Shown here one piece after another: positions 1-8,165 of a DNA stretch of 64,000 nucleotides (positions are counted from its first letter, which is position 1; every line of letters starts with the position of its first letter). A program made the translations under genes and the position numbers. Source of the stretch: Patescibacteria group bacterium (GTDB lineage Bacteria; Patescibacteriota; JABMPQ01; JAHIRA01); the NCBI GenBank assembly GCA_018818205.1, contig JAHISJ010000006.1, positions 41,817 to 105,816 on the forward strand, read 5' to 3'. The notes under the pieces were generated by a model. It searched no databases. It was not told the DNA's origin and saw only the letters and a program-made list of their open reading frames with translations.

Positions 1-23
1 GGATTGTCGCAAGGGATCGTCAG

Positions 24-449
24 ATGGAAGAAGATGCGAGACGACGAGAGAATGCAAATACACAGACAGACCTACAGAGTTTTGAAGAAGTTCAACCAAT
101 GGTAGAAGAAGAGGGGGATACTCCCTATGACAGGAGTAATCGAGATCCTATGAAAGAGAGGATCCACTTTGACGCTGATCAGACACGGAGTGTATTAAAA
201 GAAGTAATAGCTCAAATCGATGATCCTGAGATTAAGGCTCGATATGAAACACAATTGGCTCTCTTAGAGCAGGGGAACAAGGATGAGGACGCATCTCAGG
301 AAAAATCAGGCCTACCACCTAAAGAACGTTTACGAAAGCTACAAGAATCATACACACAAAATAAAGATAACATGAGTGATAAGGAGCGTGGGGCCTTTCT
401 TCTGGCAATTGACAAGCTTCAAGAACAGTTGGGCCCGGACAGTAGGTAA
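24..449 (+). CDS. hypothetical acidic protein, paralog of the next ORF (possibly 5'-truncated by window edge)
   Basis: ORF 141 aa; C-terminal ~40 aa (ERLRKLQESYTQNKDNMSDKERGAFLLAIDKLQEQLG) aligns ~50% with C-terminus of ORF 472..1104; E/K/D-rich, coiled-coil like; no recognisable family. Confidence 0.4.
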   Translation: MEEDARRRENANTQTDLQSFEEVQPMVEEEGDTPYDRSNRDPMKERIHFDADQTRSVLKEVIAQIDDPEIKARYETQLALLEQGNKDEDASQEKSGLPPKERLRKLQESYTQNKDNMSDKERGAFLLAIDKLQEQLGPDSR

Positions 450-471
450 ATAACACGCGTAATATAAGACG

Positions 472-1104
472 ATGAAGGAAGGTATGCCAGGGGATGTCTT
501 TCCTCAAGAAGAAACACCGAGAAATATGGATGAACGATTACCACTTCCGAGTGATGTTGATAATTTTGTGTTGCTCCAAAGTGCAACAGAGCAGTACGAA
601 CACGAGCAGGATCCTCACGAAAAAGAAAAATATAGGAAAGTTGTTGCAATGATTGAACGAAGCATAGAAGAAAAGCGTCAACATGACTTAAGAAGTGCAC
701 AAAGTGGTGAAAAAGCGTCTTCTGCCAAGCAACACTATAGATCTGCCACAGGGGAGTCAGACGTATTTGAAGAGTCTGAAGCAAAGGTACAGGGGCAGGA
801 ATCTTTCCCGGAAGCCTCTGACCTATTAAGGGGGTATACAGAAGAAGATCTTGAGGACGCCAAAAAGACTTTAGCTAAAGAAACTGATCTGGAAGAGAAG
901 GAAAAATGGCAAGCGGTGGTTGAGATAATTGAAAGAGTACTTAAAAGTCAACGAGATACCAGTGAGCACGCCAAGAGGGAGCGGCTGGAAGCACTCCAAG
1001 AAACGTATCGTCAAAATAACGAACGTATGACTGAAAAAGAACAGAACAGTTTTCTTGAAGCAATAGTTGCTCTTGAAGAAGAGCTGGGAGTTGAAAGAGA
1101 ATAA
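472..1104 (+). CDS. hypothetical acidic protein with internal repeats, paralog of 24..449
   Basis: ORF 210 aa; repeated motif (DPHEKEKYRKVVAMIERS / EEKEKWQAVVEIIERV) and shared C-terminal module ERLEALQETYRQNNERMTEKEQNSFLEAIVALEEELG. Confidence 0.45.
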   Translation: MKEGMPGDVFPQEETPRNMDERLPLPSDVDNFVLLQSATEQYEHEQDPHEKEKYRKVVAMIERSIEEKRQHDLRSAQSGEKASSAKQHYRSATGESDVFEESEAKVQGQESFPEASDLLRGYTEEDLEDAKKTLAKETDLEEKEKWQAVVEIIERVLKSQRDTSEHAKRERLEALQETYRQNNERMTEKEQNSFLEAIVALEEELGVERE

Positions 1105-1162
1105 AAGTATCCGCTATATTTGCTGTTGACATTGTCTTTGAGTATGGTATTATTATTACATA

Positions 1163-1185
1163 AAGAGCCCGGCAGGGGCTTTTTA
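1163..1185 (+). terminator. putative intrinsic terminator (AGCCC-ggcag-GGGCT + T-run)
   Basis: short GC stem followed by TTTTT after the stop of ORF 472..1104. Confidence 0.4.
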
Positions 1186-1239
1186 AAAAACTCAAAAATT
1201 TGGTATACTTACTCTATATCATTTGTAACATTTTGACCT

Positions 1240-1437
1240 ATGACATTTAGTCTAACTGAGAACAAAGTCGTTACCTTTTTAAAAGAAGCACGTGTAGAGC
1301 TTTCTAAGGTAGTCTGGCCTACACGGCAAGAGCTTATTAGACACACTGCAATTGTTATTGGTATATCACTTGGTACTGCGTTGTATCTTGGAGTATTAGA
1401 CTTAATCTTCCAAGGAATTCTTGAGAGAGTGATATAA
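1240..1437 (+). CDS. secE: preprotein translocase subunit SecE
   Basis: 65 aa, single C-terminal TM helix (IVIGISLGTALYLGVLDLIF), KVVWP motif typical of SecE; immediately upstream of nusG as in the conserved secE-nusG cluster; TGgTATACT extended -10 at 1201-1209. Confidence 0.8.
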   Translation: MTFSLTENKVVTFLKEARVELSKVVWPTRQELIRHTAIVIGISLGTALYLGVLDLIFQGILERVI

Positions 1438-1498
1438 CACCACACTTTTCTTTGAATATAAAATTGATTATTAACTATTGTAATATTAATTCGTCTAT

Positions 1499-2044
1499 AT
1501 GCCTAAGCAAGTAGGAAAACAGGAGCGAGCGTGGTACGTTTTACATACTTATTCCGGGTATGAAGAAAACGTTGCAGAAAATTTGGACCAACGTATTGAG
1601 TCCATGAACATGAAGGACAGGATTTTTAATATCATTGTCCCTAAAGAAAAGAAGATCAAAATTAGAAACGGTAAACGTCATATTGTTGAAGAAAAGGTGT
1701 ATCCCGGTTATGTTTTGGTTGAGATGATAGTTACCGATGATTCCTGGTACGTGGTTAGAAATACGCCAAACGTCACGGGTTTTGTTGGGTCAGGAACAAC
1801 ACCAACACCTATTGAGCAAGAAGAGATGGATCTTCTTAAGAAACGTATGGGTGTTGAGGAACCTAAATATACCATTGAACTTTCAAATGGCGATCCGGTC
1901 AAAGTTACTGATGGACCATTTAAGGACTTTGATGGTCGTGTCGAGTCTGTTGATGAAGAAAAAGGAAAAATAAAAGTACTGGTGAACATGTTTGGCCGCG
2001 AAACACCAGTTGAACTTGATTATCTACAAGTTAAAAAGTTGTAA
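1499..2044 (+). CDS. nusG: transcription termination/antitermination factor NusG
   Basis: 181 aa; N-terminal NGN (WYVLHTYSGYEENV) and C-terminal KOW (GDPVKVTDGPFKDFDGRVESVDEEKGKIKV) motifs; synteny with secE/rplK. Confidence 0.9.
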   Translation: MPKQVGKQERAWYVLHTYSGYEENVAENLDQRIESMNMKDRIFNIIVPKEKKIKIRNGKRHIVEEKVYPGYVLVEMIVTDDSWYVVRNTPNVTGFVGSGTTPTPIEQEEMDLLKKRMGVEEPKYTIELSNGDPVKVTDGPFKDFDGRVESVDEEKGKIKVLVNMFGRETPVELDYLQVKKL

Positions 2045-2050
2045 CACCCT

Positions 2051-2605
2051 ATGGGGGTACTTCTGTTTTTACTACAATTGCTCTGGCTGTGCTTGCCTGG
2101 TGCGCTTGCAAATATGGCTCCGGTATTGCTTAAGAATCATTTTTCTGTTTTGGCGGTTCCTATTGACCTCGGAAAAAAGTGGCGCGGAAAACCAATTTTT
2201 GGTAGCCATAAGACGTTTCGGGGGTTTCTCTTTGGGACGCTTGCAGGAGTCATCATTGGAACGCTCCAGGGGGTGTTGTATCATAATTTTGAAGTGTTCA
2301 GGACGATTTCTGTTGTGGATTTTGATGTGTTCCCTGGATGGCTTCTTGGTTTATTGATGGGGTTTGGTGCTCTTTTTGGTGACGCGGTTAAAAGCCTTAT
2401 TAAGCGGAGGCTAAGCGTTGCTCCGGGGAAGCCGTTTTTCCCGTGGGATCAGCTCGATGCGTACTTTGGCGCGATACTGTTTGTTCTTCCGTTTGTGCCG
2501 CTTCCACTCGACATCGTTATTGGAGGAGTGATTTTTGTTCCTTGTTTTCATATTATTTCAAACACTGTAGGCTATTTACTTGGCCTTAAGAAAAGTATTA
2601 TTTAA
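2051..2605 (+). CDS. CarS-like (DUF46, CDP-archaeol synthase family) CTP-transferase membrane protein
   Basis: 184 aa, ~5 TM segments; motif GSHKTFRGFLFGTLAG...GDAVKSLIKRRLSVAPGKPFFPWDQLD resembles the GDGKTxRG / GDxxxSFxKRR / DQxD signature of CarS/DUF46 proteins (recalled from memory, not searched). Confidence 0.5.
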   Translation: MGVLLFLLQLLWLCLPGALANMAPVLLKNHFSVLAVPIDLGKKWRGKPIFGSHKTFRGFLFGTLAGVIIGTLQGVLYHNFEVFRTISVVDFDVFPGWLLGLLMGFGALFGDAVKSLIKRRLSVAPGKPFFPWDQLDAYFGAILFVLPFVPLPLDIVIGGVIFVPCFHIISNTVGYLLGLKKSII

Positions 2606-2607
2606 TC

Positions 2608-2637
2608 TTTACAAATACCAAGATTCTTTGGTAGAAT
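2608..2637 (+). promoter_or_regulatory. candidate sigma70 promoter for rplK (TTTACA-N18-TGgTAGAAT)
   Basis: extended -10 TGGTAGAAT at 2629-2637 with -35-like TTTACA 2608-2613; ~65 nt leader before rplK ATG. Confidence 0.45.
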
Positions 2638-2702
2638 GAACGGTATTCGACATTAGAAACTTTGTAACTCTCATGATTATGGCAAAAAAAGAGGTAAAAA
2701 CG

Positions 2703-3107
2703 ATGATCAAGCTTCAGATCCAAGCAGGGAAGGCGAATCCAGCTCCTCCTGTTGGGCCAGCGCTTGGTCAGCACGGCATTAATATTCAAGATTTTTGTAC
2801 GCAGTTTAACGACAAAACTAAAGATCAGGGTGGTGATGTAATCCCTGTTGAAATTACTGTCTATGAGGACAGAAGCTTTGATTTTGTCTTAAAAACACCG
2901 CCTGCTGCAGAACTTATTAAAAAAGCTGCTGGTCTTAAAAAAGCTTCCGCGGAGCCTCATAAAGATAAAGTAGGAAAGATTACCAAAAAACAAGCTCAGG
3001 AGATTGCAGAACGTAAAATGCAAGATCTTAATGCACATGATTTAGACGCAGCAACCAAGATTATTGCGGGAACAGCACGAAGTATGGGGATTGAAGTTAA
3101 GGGTTAG
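2703..3107 (+). CDS. rplK: 50S ribosomal protein L11
   Basis: [28 protein letters not shown]... canonical L11 N-terminus; start moved to ATG 2703 which has GAGGT RBS 7 nt upstream (ORF track start 2673 lacks RBS). Confidence 0.9.
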   Translation: MIKLQIQAGKANPAPPVGPALGQHGINIQDFCTQFNDKTKDQGGDVIPVEITVYEDRSFDFVLKTPPAAELIKKAAGLKKASAEPHKDKVGKITKKQAQEIAERKMQDLNAHDLDAATKIIAGTARSMGIEVKG

Positions 3108-3140
3108 GCTTTAACACAGTGACAAAACATGGTATTGTTG

Positions 3141-3170
3141 AAAGCGCCTGAAGGGCGCTTTGTTTGTTTG
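3141..3170 (+). terminator. intrinsic terminator after rplK (AAAGCGCC-tgaa-GGGCGCTT + T-rich)
   Basis: perfect GC hairpin followed by TTGTTTGTTTG; unexpectedly separates rplK from downstream genes. Confidence 0.6.
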
Positions 3171-3756
3171 TAAAACGTTTTATATGTTTATCTCCTGGGC
3201 AAAAAAGAAGACTGACAAGCAAATTCCTCGAAAATCGTTTAGAGTGCTCTATTCATGGGGATTTACGCCAAATCGACTGACATTTTTGTCAGCAGTTTTT
3301 AAAGTACTTGCTGGGTACTTTTTTTATACTGGTATGTTTATGTGGGGAGGGTTTGCCATTATTTTTGACTATTTTTTTGATTTTCTTGACGGTGGTATTG
3401 CAAGACATTTAAATAAAACAACAAAGCGTGGGGCTATTTATGATTTTTTAGCGGATAGGGTTTTAAGAGAAGGATGGATAATTGCGCTGGCGTTTGGTGG
3501 ATGGATATCATTTGAACTTGCGCTTATAGTGGTGCTTGTTGATGCGTTTTCATACTTTTTCCATGACTACGCTGAGCTTAACAAGCTTAAGCAAATCGAT
3601 TGGCTTCCGGCAAATCATAAATTTGTTGTCTATGGTGCTTTTTTAGGACACATGCCCTTATTTTTAATGATTGGTATAGTGGTTAATGCAATTTTTACGG
3701 TTACAAACGTTGTTTCGCTTATTGTTTTGAATAAGGAGGAGAGAGACAAAGAATAG
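3160..3756 (+). CDS. CDP-alcohol phosphatidyltransferase family protein
   Basis: 198 aa polytopic membrane protein; motif DFLDGGIARHLNKTTKRGAIYDFLADRV matches D-G-x2-A-R-x8-G-x3-D-x3-D signature of CDP-alcohol phosphatidyltransferases; exact start uncertain (3160 or 3184). Confidence 0.7.
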   Translation: MFVCKTFYMFISWAKKKTDKQIPRKSFRVLYSWGFTPNRLTFLSAVFKVLAGYFFYTGMFMWGGFAIIFDYFFDFLDGGIARHLNKTTKRGAIYDFLADRVLREGWIIALAFGGWISFELALIVVLVDAFSYFFHDYAELNKLKQIDWLPANHKFVVYGAFLGHMPLFLMIGIVVNAIFTVTNVVSLIVLNKEERDKE

Positions 3757-3977
3757 ACTGCTGTTGGCTTCAGTATCTTGATCATCACATCATACAGTTT
3801 CCAGCCAGGAAACTGGAGCTAACAATTTTTAACTCAAAATACCTCTTGAACAGTACGTTTCTTCCTGCTACACTACGAAGGTACAAATATCGTTTGTACT
3901 CATTTAATAAGTCATGTGGGACCAAGTGCCGACCGTTAGGTCTGGTACATGGGTTTGCACCACATAACACTACATAT

Positions 3978-4658
3978 ATGTCAAAAAGAGGTAAGAAGTA
4001 TACAGAGGCGCAAGAATTAATAGGTGCAGATGAGTATTCGTTAGCAGATGCCGTTGATAAAGTTATTGAGACATCCAAAACATCGTTTGACTCATCGGTT
4101 GAATTACATATGGCACTTGGGATTGATCCATCAAAAGGAGATCAACTAGTGAGAGGCACAGTTACCCTTCCGCATGGTACGGGTAAAAAGCTTAGAATAG
4201 CCGCGTTCGTGCCGCAAGACAAAGTAAAAGAGGCAGAAGATGCGGGCGCAGCACTTGTTGGCTCTGAAGAGCTTATTGACAAGATTCAAAAGTCCGGGAA
4301 GTGTGATTTTGATATTGCTGTCGCAACCCCTGATATGATGCGCTTTCTTGGTAAGGTTGCTAAGATTTTAGGACCAAAAGGACTTATGCCTAACCCAAAA
4401 AATGAGACGGTGACGCCGGATCCAGCAAATGTGATTAAAGAGCTTTCTCAAGGTAAAGTCAGTTTTAGAAACGATGACGGAGGCAATATGCACCAGGTCA
4501 TTGGTAAAGTTTCGTTTGGGAAAGACGCACTGCTTGAAAATGCCGAAGCCTATCTTGCTATTATCAAAAAAAACAAACCGTCTTCATCTAAGGGAGTCTT
4601 TTTAAAGAAGGTAGTTCTTTGCTCTTCAATGGGGCCTTCTGTTCGAGTTAAGATCTAA
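3978..4658 (+). CDS. rplA: 50S ribosomal protein L1
   Basis: MSKRGKKYTEAQELIG...typical L1; ORF track start 3846 gives non-homologous N-extension, ATG at 3978 chosen. Confidence 0.9.
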   Translation: MSKRGKKYTEAQELIGADEYSLADAVDKVIETSKTSFDSSVELHMALGIDPSKGDQLVRGTVTLPHGTGKKLRIAAFVPQDKVKEAEDAGAALVGSEELIDKIQKSGKCDFDIAVATPDMMRFLGKVAKILGPKGLMPNPKNETVTPDPANVIKELSQGKVSFRNDDGGNMHQVIGKVSFGKDALLENAEAYLAIIKKNKPSSSKGVFLKKVVLCSSMGPSVRVKI

Positions 4659-4663
4659 TCTCT

Positions 4664-5098
4664 ATGCTTTCAAACGGAAAACTCAAGATTAAGCAGCTTA
4701 TAGAAGATGCAATGATTCCGACATACAATCATGACACTGATGCCGGACTTGATTTGTATAGCTGCGAAGATACGTTAGTTGCGCCAGGTGAGCGTAGAGC
4801 GGTAGGTACGGGCATTTCTGTTGCATTGCCCAGAGGTCACGTAGGGCTTGTCTGGGATAGATCCGGCCTGGCATTAAAACAAGGACTCACCACATTTGGT
4901 GGAGTGATTGACGAGGGGTATCGGGGAGAAATTAAAGTGATTTTGTATAATACTACGTCTCAGTACGTAGAAATAAAAAAACACGACAGGATTGCACAAT
5001 TGCTTCTGCAGCGCGTTGAAAAACCAAAAATAGAGATTGTCAATTATCTTGCAGATTCCGATCGGGGAGAGAAGGGATTTGGTTCAAGCGGCAAGTAG
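4664..5098 (+). CDS. dut: dUTP diphosphatase
   Basis: 144 aa; dUTPase motifs AGLDLYS, GxGISVALPRGHVGLVWDRSG, GVIDEGYRGEIKVIL. Confidence 0.9.
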   Translation: MLSNGKLKIKQLIEDAMIPTYNHDTDAGLDLYSCEDTLVAPGERRAVGTGISVALPRGHVGLVWDRSGLALKQGLTTFGGVIDEGYRGEIKVILYNTTSQYVEIKKHDRIAQLLLQRVEKPKIEIVNYLADSDRGEKGFGSSGK

Positions 5099-5165
5099 TT
5101 TTTTTGCGTATACTTCGTTTGATTGGTATACTAAAGAAAAGAATAACTATACTAAATAAAACAAA

Positions 5166-5942
5166 ATGGCTCAGGAAAAAAATTCAGTGATGAATATTGT
5201 CTCGGTGCTTTTGATGATTGTGCTTATTTTTATTCTTGGTGCAGGGCTGGTTCTGTTTTTAGTTAAAGATTCTGTTAAAGTACAGCTTTCCGGCATTCCC
5301 GGTAAGGAAGAAGACAGAGGTATCACCGTTTCCGGAACCGGCACAGTAGAAGCAGTGCCTGACATTGCGTCGTTTACTGTAACGGTGAATTCCGAGGCAA
5401 GTACACTTGAAGCAGCAAGGGACGATGCAACAAATAGAATGAATCGTGTTATTTCCATGCTCAAAGATGAAGGTATAGATGATGAGGATCTGGTCACATC
5501 GTCTTATGACGTAAAGCCAAAATACAAATATGATGATAGTTATAATAGAGAGATAGATGGCTATACCGCAACACAAACGCTGACAGTGAAGGTACGAGAT
5601 ACAGAAAAAGCAGGAGAGCTTCTTACAAAAACCACAGAAAGTGGCGCAACTAAGGTTTCTAGTCTTTCATTTACCGTTGATGACAGAGAAAAATTGGAGG
5701 ATGAAGCACGAGTAAAAGCCATTGAAGATGCAAAACAGCGAGCAGAAATGATGGCAGGAGCTGTCGATCAAAAGGTAGGTGCGATTATTTCTATCTCGGA
5801 AGGATCAACGCCAGGCGGGTTTAATTATTCAGGGGTTGCAGCAAAAGAAACAGCGGATGCAGAAGCACCGCCAGAGCCACAAATTGAACCGGGCGAGCAA
5901 GAAATTGTAAAAACTGTTTCAGTGCGGTTTGAGATTTTGTAA
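5166..5942 (+). CDS. SIMPL/DUF541 (BP26/OMP28-like) periplasmic protein with N-terminal signal anchor
   Basis: 258 aa; N-terminal TM; GTGTVEAVPDIASFTVTV...YTATQTLTVKVRD...VKAIEDAKQRAEMMAGA pattern of the SIMPL/DUF541 family. Confidence 0.7.
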   Translation: MAQEKNSVMNIVSVLLMIVLIFILGAGLVLFLVKDSVKVQLSGIPGKEEDRGITVSGTGTVEAVPDIASFTVTVNSEASTLEAARDDATNRMNRVISMLKDEGIDDEDLVTSSYDVKPKYKYDDSYNREIDGYTATQTLTVKVRDTEKAGELLTKTTESGATKVSSLSFTVDDREKLEDEARVKAIEDAKQRAEMMAGAVDQKVGAIISISEGSTPGGFNYSGVAAKETADAEAPPEPQIEPGEQEIVKTVSVRFEIL

Positions 5943-5945
5943 CAT

Positions 5946-6557
5946 ATGAATAATCTTCAAGACCAAGAAGAATATCCGGGGAACCTTATTGTTCTCTACG
6001 GGGTAAACAACTGCGGAAAAACAACTCAAGCCAACATGCTTGTTGAATCTGTACAGGAGCTTGGGTATGATGCAGAGCATTTAAAGTACCCGATTTATGA
6101 CATCAACCCAAGTGGTGAGTATATCAATGAGGTTTTGCGTAAAGGAAAAAAAGTTTCGCCAAAAGAATTGCAGCTCTGGTATGCGCTTAATCGGCATCAA
6201 TATGAAGAACAATTGTTTAAAAAGCTACAAGAGGGCATTGTGGTCATTGCAGAAGACTATATAGGCACTGGCATTGCATGGGGGATGGCACATGGGGTTC
6301 CCAAGGAGACGTTAAGAGAAATAAATAAGGACTTATATCCCGAGGATCTAGGGATATTGCTTCGAGGTGCACGTTACACCGATGCGGTCGAGAAGGGGCA
6401 TTTGCACGAGGAAGATGATGAACTCGTGGAGCGATGCACAGAGATTCATAATGAATTGGCGGCGCAGTATGGCTGGGTACCAATAAATGCCGCTCAAGAG
6501 AAAGAGAACGTGCATAAAGACATTATGCGCGTCGTTGATCCATTTTTAGATCTATAA
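5946..6557 (+). CDS. tmk: thymidylate kinase-like P-loop kinase
   Basis: 203 aa; P-loop LYGVNNCGKTTQ, DRY-like region EDYIGTGIAWG, lid/LID-like region; sits next to dut (dUTP->dUMP->dTMP->dTDP logic). Confidence 0.55.
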   Translation: MNNLQDQEEYPGNLIVLYGVNNCGKTTQANMLVESVQELGYDAEHLKYPIYDINPSGEYINEVLRKGKKVSPKELQLWYALNRHQYEEQLFKKLQEGIVVIAEDYIGTGIAWGMAHGVPKETLREINKDLYPEDLGILLRGARYTDAVEKGHLHEEDDELVERCTEIHNELAAQYGWVPINAAQEKENVHKDIMRVVDPFLDL

Positions 6558-6572
6558 CTAACATTTCAAGAA

Positions 6573-8075
6573 ATGAGCTCTACGTCATCTCAGATTGTCA
6601 TTGGGCTTGAGGTCCATATTCAGCTTTCAACAAAAAGTAAGTTGTTTTGTAGTTGTTCAAATGACTCGTTTAATGTAGCACCAAATACACATGTATGTCC
6701 GCTTTGTATGGGACATCCGGGGACATTGCCGGTACCTAATATGAAGGCTATTGAATATGCAATAAAAGCAGGGCTTGCGTTTAACTCTGAGATTCCTCAT
6801 GAAACCAAGTTTGATAGGAAAAATTATTTTTATCCCGATCTGCCAAAAGGCTACCAAATTTCTCAATATGATCAGCCTTGCTGCGTGGGAGGATTCATTG
6901 ATGTTCCACTAGACGATGATAAGAAACGTGTGAGACTCAGACGTGTGCATCTTGAGGAAGATGCAGGAAAGTTGGTACATCCAGTTGGTGCTAATTATAG
7001 CCTCGTTGACTATAATCGCTCCGGAACGCCGCTTATAGAAATAGTTACTGAACCAGATATTAGCTCAAGTGAGGAAGCGTATTTACTTGCTCAGAAGGTT
7101 CAGGAGGTATGCAGATATATTTCCGTATCAGATGTTGATATGGAAAAGGGGCACATGCGGTTTGATATGAACATCAGCTTAAATGATGGTGACGGAAACC
7201 AGGTTACGGAGATTTCTGAAATAAAAAACCTCAATTCTTTTAGAAGTCTTAAAAAAGCGATTGAGTTTGAGGCAGTGAGACACAAAGAAGCGTATGAAAA
7301 AGGGGAGCGGCTGATTCATGAAACTAGAGGGTGGGATGATGACAAGGAAGCAAGTGTTTCTCAGCGGAGTAAAGAAGATGCACCTGACTACCGGTATTTT
7401 CCTGAACCGGATATTCCTAAAATCGTCTTATCCAGTGATCTTGTTTCTAAGATTAAGCGTACACTTCCGGAAATGCCAGAAGAAAGAAAAGCAAGGTTCG
7501 TGGAAGAGTATGGTATTTCTAAAAAAGAAGCCGGGACAATCATTGCCAATAAGTATGTCGCAGAGTTTTTTGAAAACACTCTCTCAGAGCTTATTGAGTG
7601 GGCAAGCACACTTGAGGGCAAAGAGTCAAAAAAAGATGATGAGAAGAAAAAACTAGCAAAGCTTGCTTCAAATTGGCTTCTTTCTGAACTCTACGGCCTA
7701 ATGAGACCAGAAAGGGTCAAAATTCAAGAAATAAAGATAACTGCAGAGAACTTTGCTGAGCTTATCGCGCTGGTATATGAAAAGAAGGTAAACTCAAGTG
7801 CAGCCCAAGAGATACTAAAAGAGATGTTTATGACCGGCAATGACCCCACGCACATTATGAATGAGAAGGGTTTAAAGCAGGTTGATGATATTGATGAGCT
7901 TTCACTGGTTTGCGATACGGTTATTCAAGAAAATAATGAAGTTGTAGAGAGTATTAAAGAGGGCAAAGAGAGCGCATTGCAGTTTTTGATGGGACAGGTT
8001 ATGGCAAAGACCAAAGGGAGTGCCAACCCTCAAAAGGTAATGGAAATTCTGAAGACTAAGATTATTGGTGGATAA
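6573..8075 (+). CDS. gatB: aspartyl/glutamyl-tRNA(Asn/Gln) amidotransferase subunit B
   Basis: 500 aa; VIGLEVHIQL...CSCSN...HVCPLCMGHPGTLPVPN signature of GatB. Confidence 0.9.
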   Translation: MSSTSSQIVIGLEVHIQLSTKSKLFCSCSNDSFNVAPNTHVCPLCMGHPGTLPVPNMKAIEYAIKAGLAFNSEIPHETKFDRKNYFYPDLPKGYQISQYDQPCCVGGFIDVPLDDDKKRVRLRRVHLEEDAGKLVHPVGANYSLVDYNRSGTPLIEIVTEPDISSSEEAYLLAQKVQEVCRYISVSDVDMEKGHMRFDMNISLNDGDGNQVTEISEIKNLNSFRSLKKAIEFEAVRHKEAYEKGERLIHETRGWDDDKEASVSQRSKEDAPDYRYFPEPDIPKIVLSSDLVSKIKRTLPEMPEERKARFVEEYGISKKEAGTIIANKYVAEFFENTLSELIEWASTLEGKESKKDDEKKKLAKLASNWLLSELYGLMRPERVKIQEIKITAENFAELIALVYEKKVNSSAAQEILKEMFMTGNDPTHIMNEKGLKQVDDIDELSLVCDTVIQENNEVVESIKEGKESALQFLMGQVMAKTKGSANPQKVMEILKTKIIGG

Positions 8076-8082
8076 CACACAA

Positions 8083-8111
8083 TTGACACGGGCACAAATC
8101 TATGCTACAAT
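8083..8111 (+). promoter_or_regulatory. near-consensus sigma70 promoter TTGACA-N17-TACAAT
   Basis: TTGACA 8083-8088, 17-nt spacer, TACAAT 8106-8111, ~55 nt upstream of ATG 8166. Confidence 0.6.
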
Positions 8112-8165
8112 AAAAGCAACTCAAAAAGCGTTCTTTACAAAAAAACAAAAATAAAACTAAATACA

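Noticed and set aside
1992-2357. ORF 1992..2357 (+) overlapping nusG end and the CarS-like gene
   Set aside because: Out of frame with two well-supported genes; Cys/Leu-rich nonsense translation.
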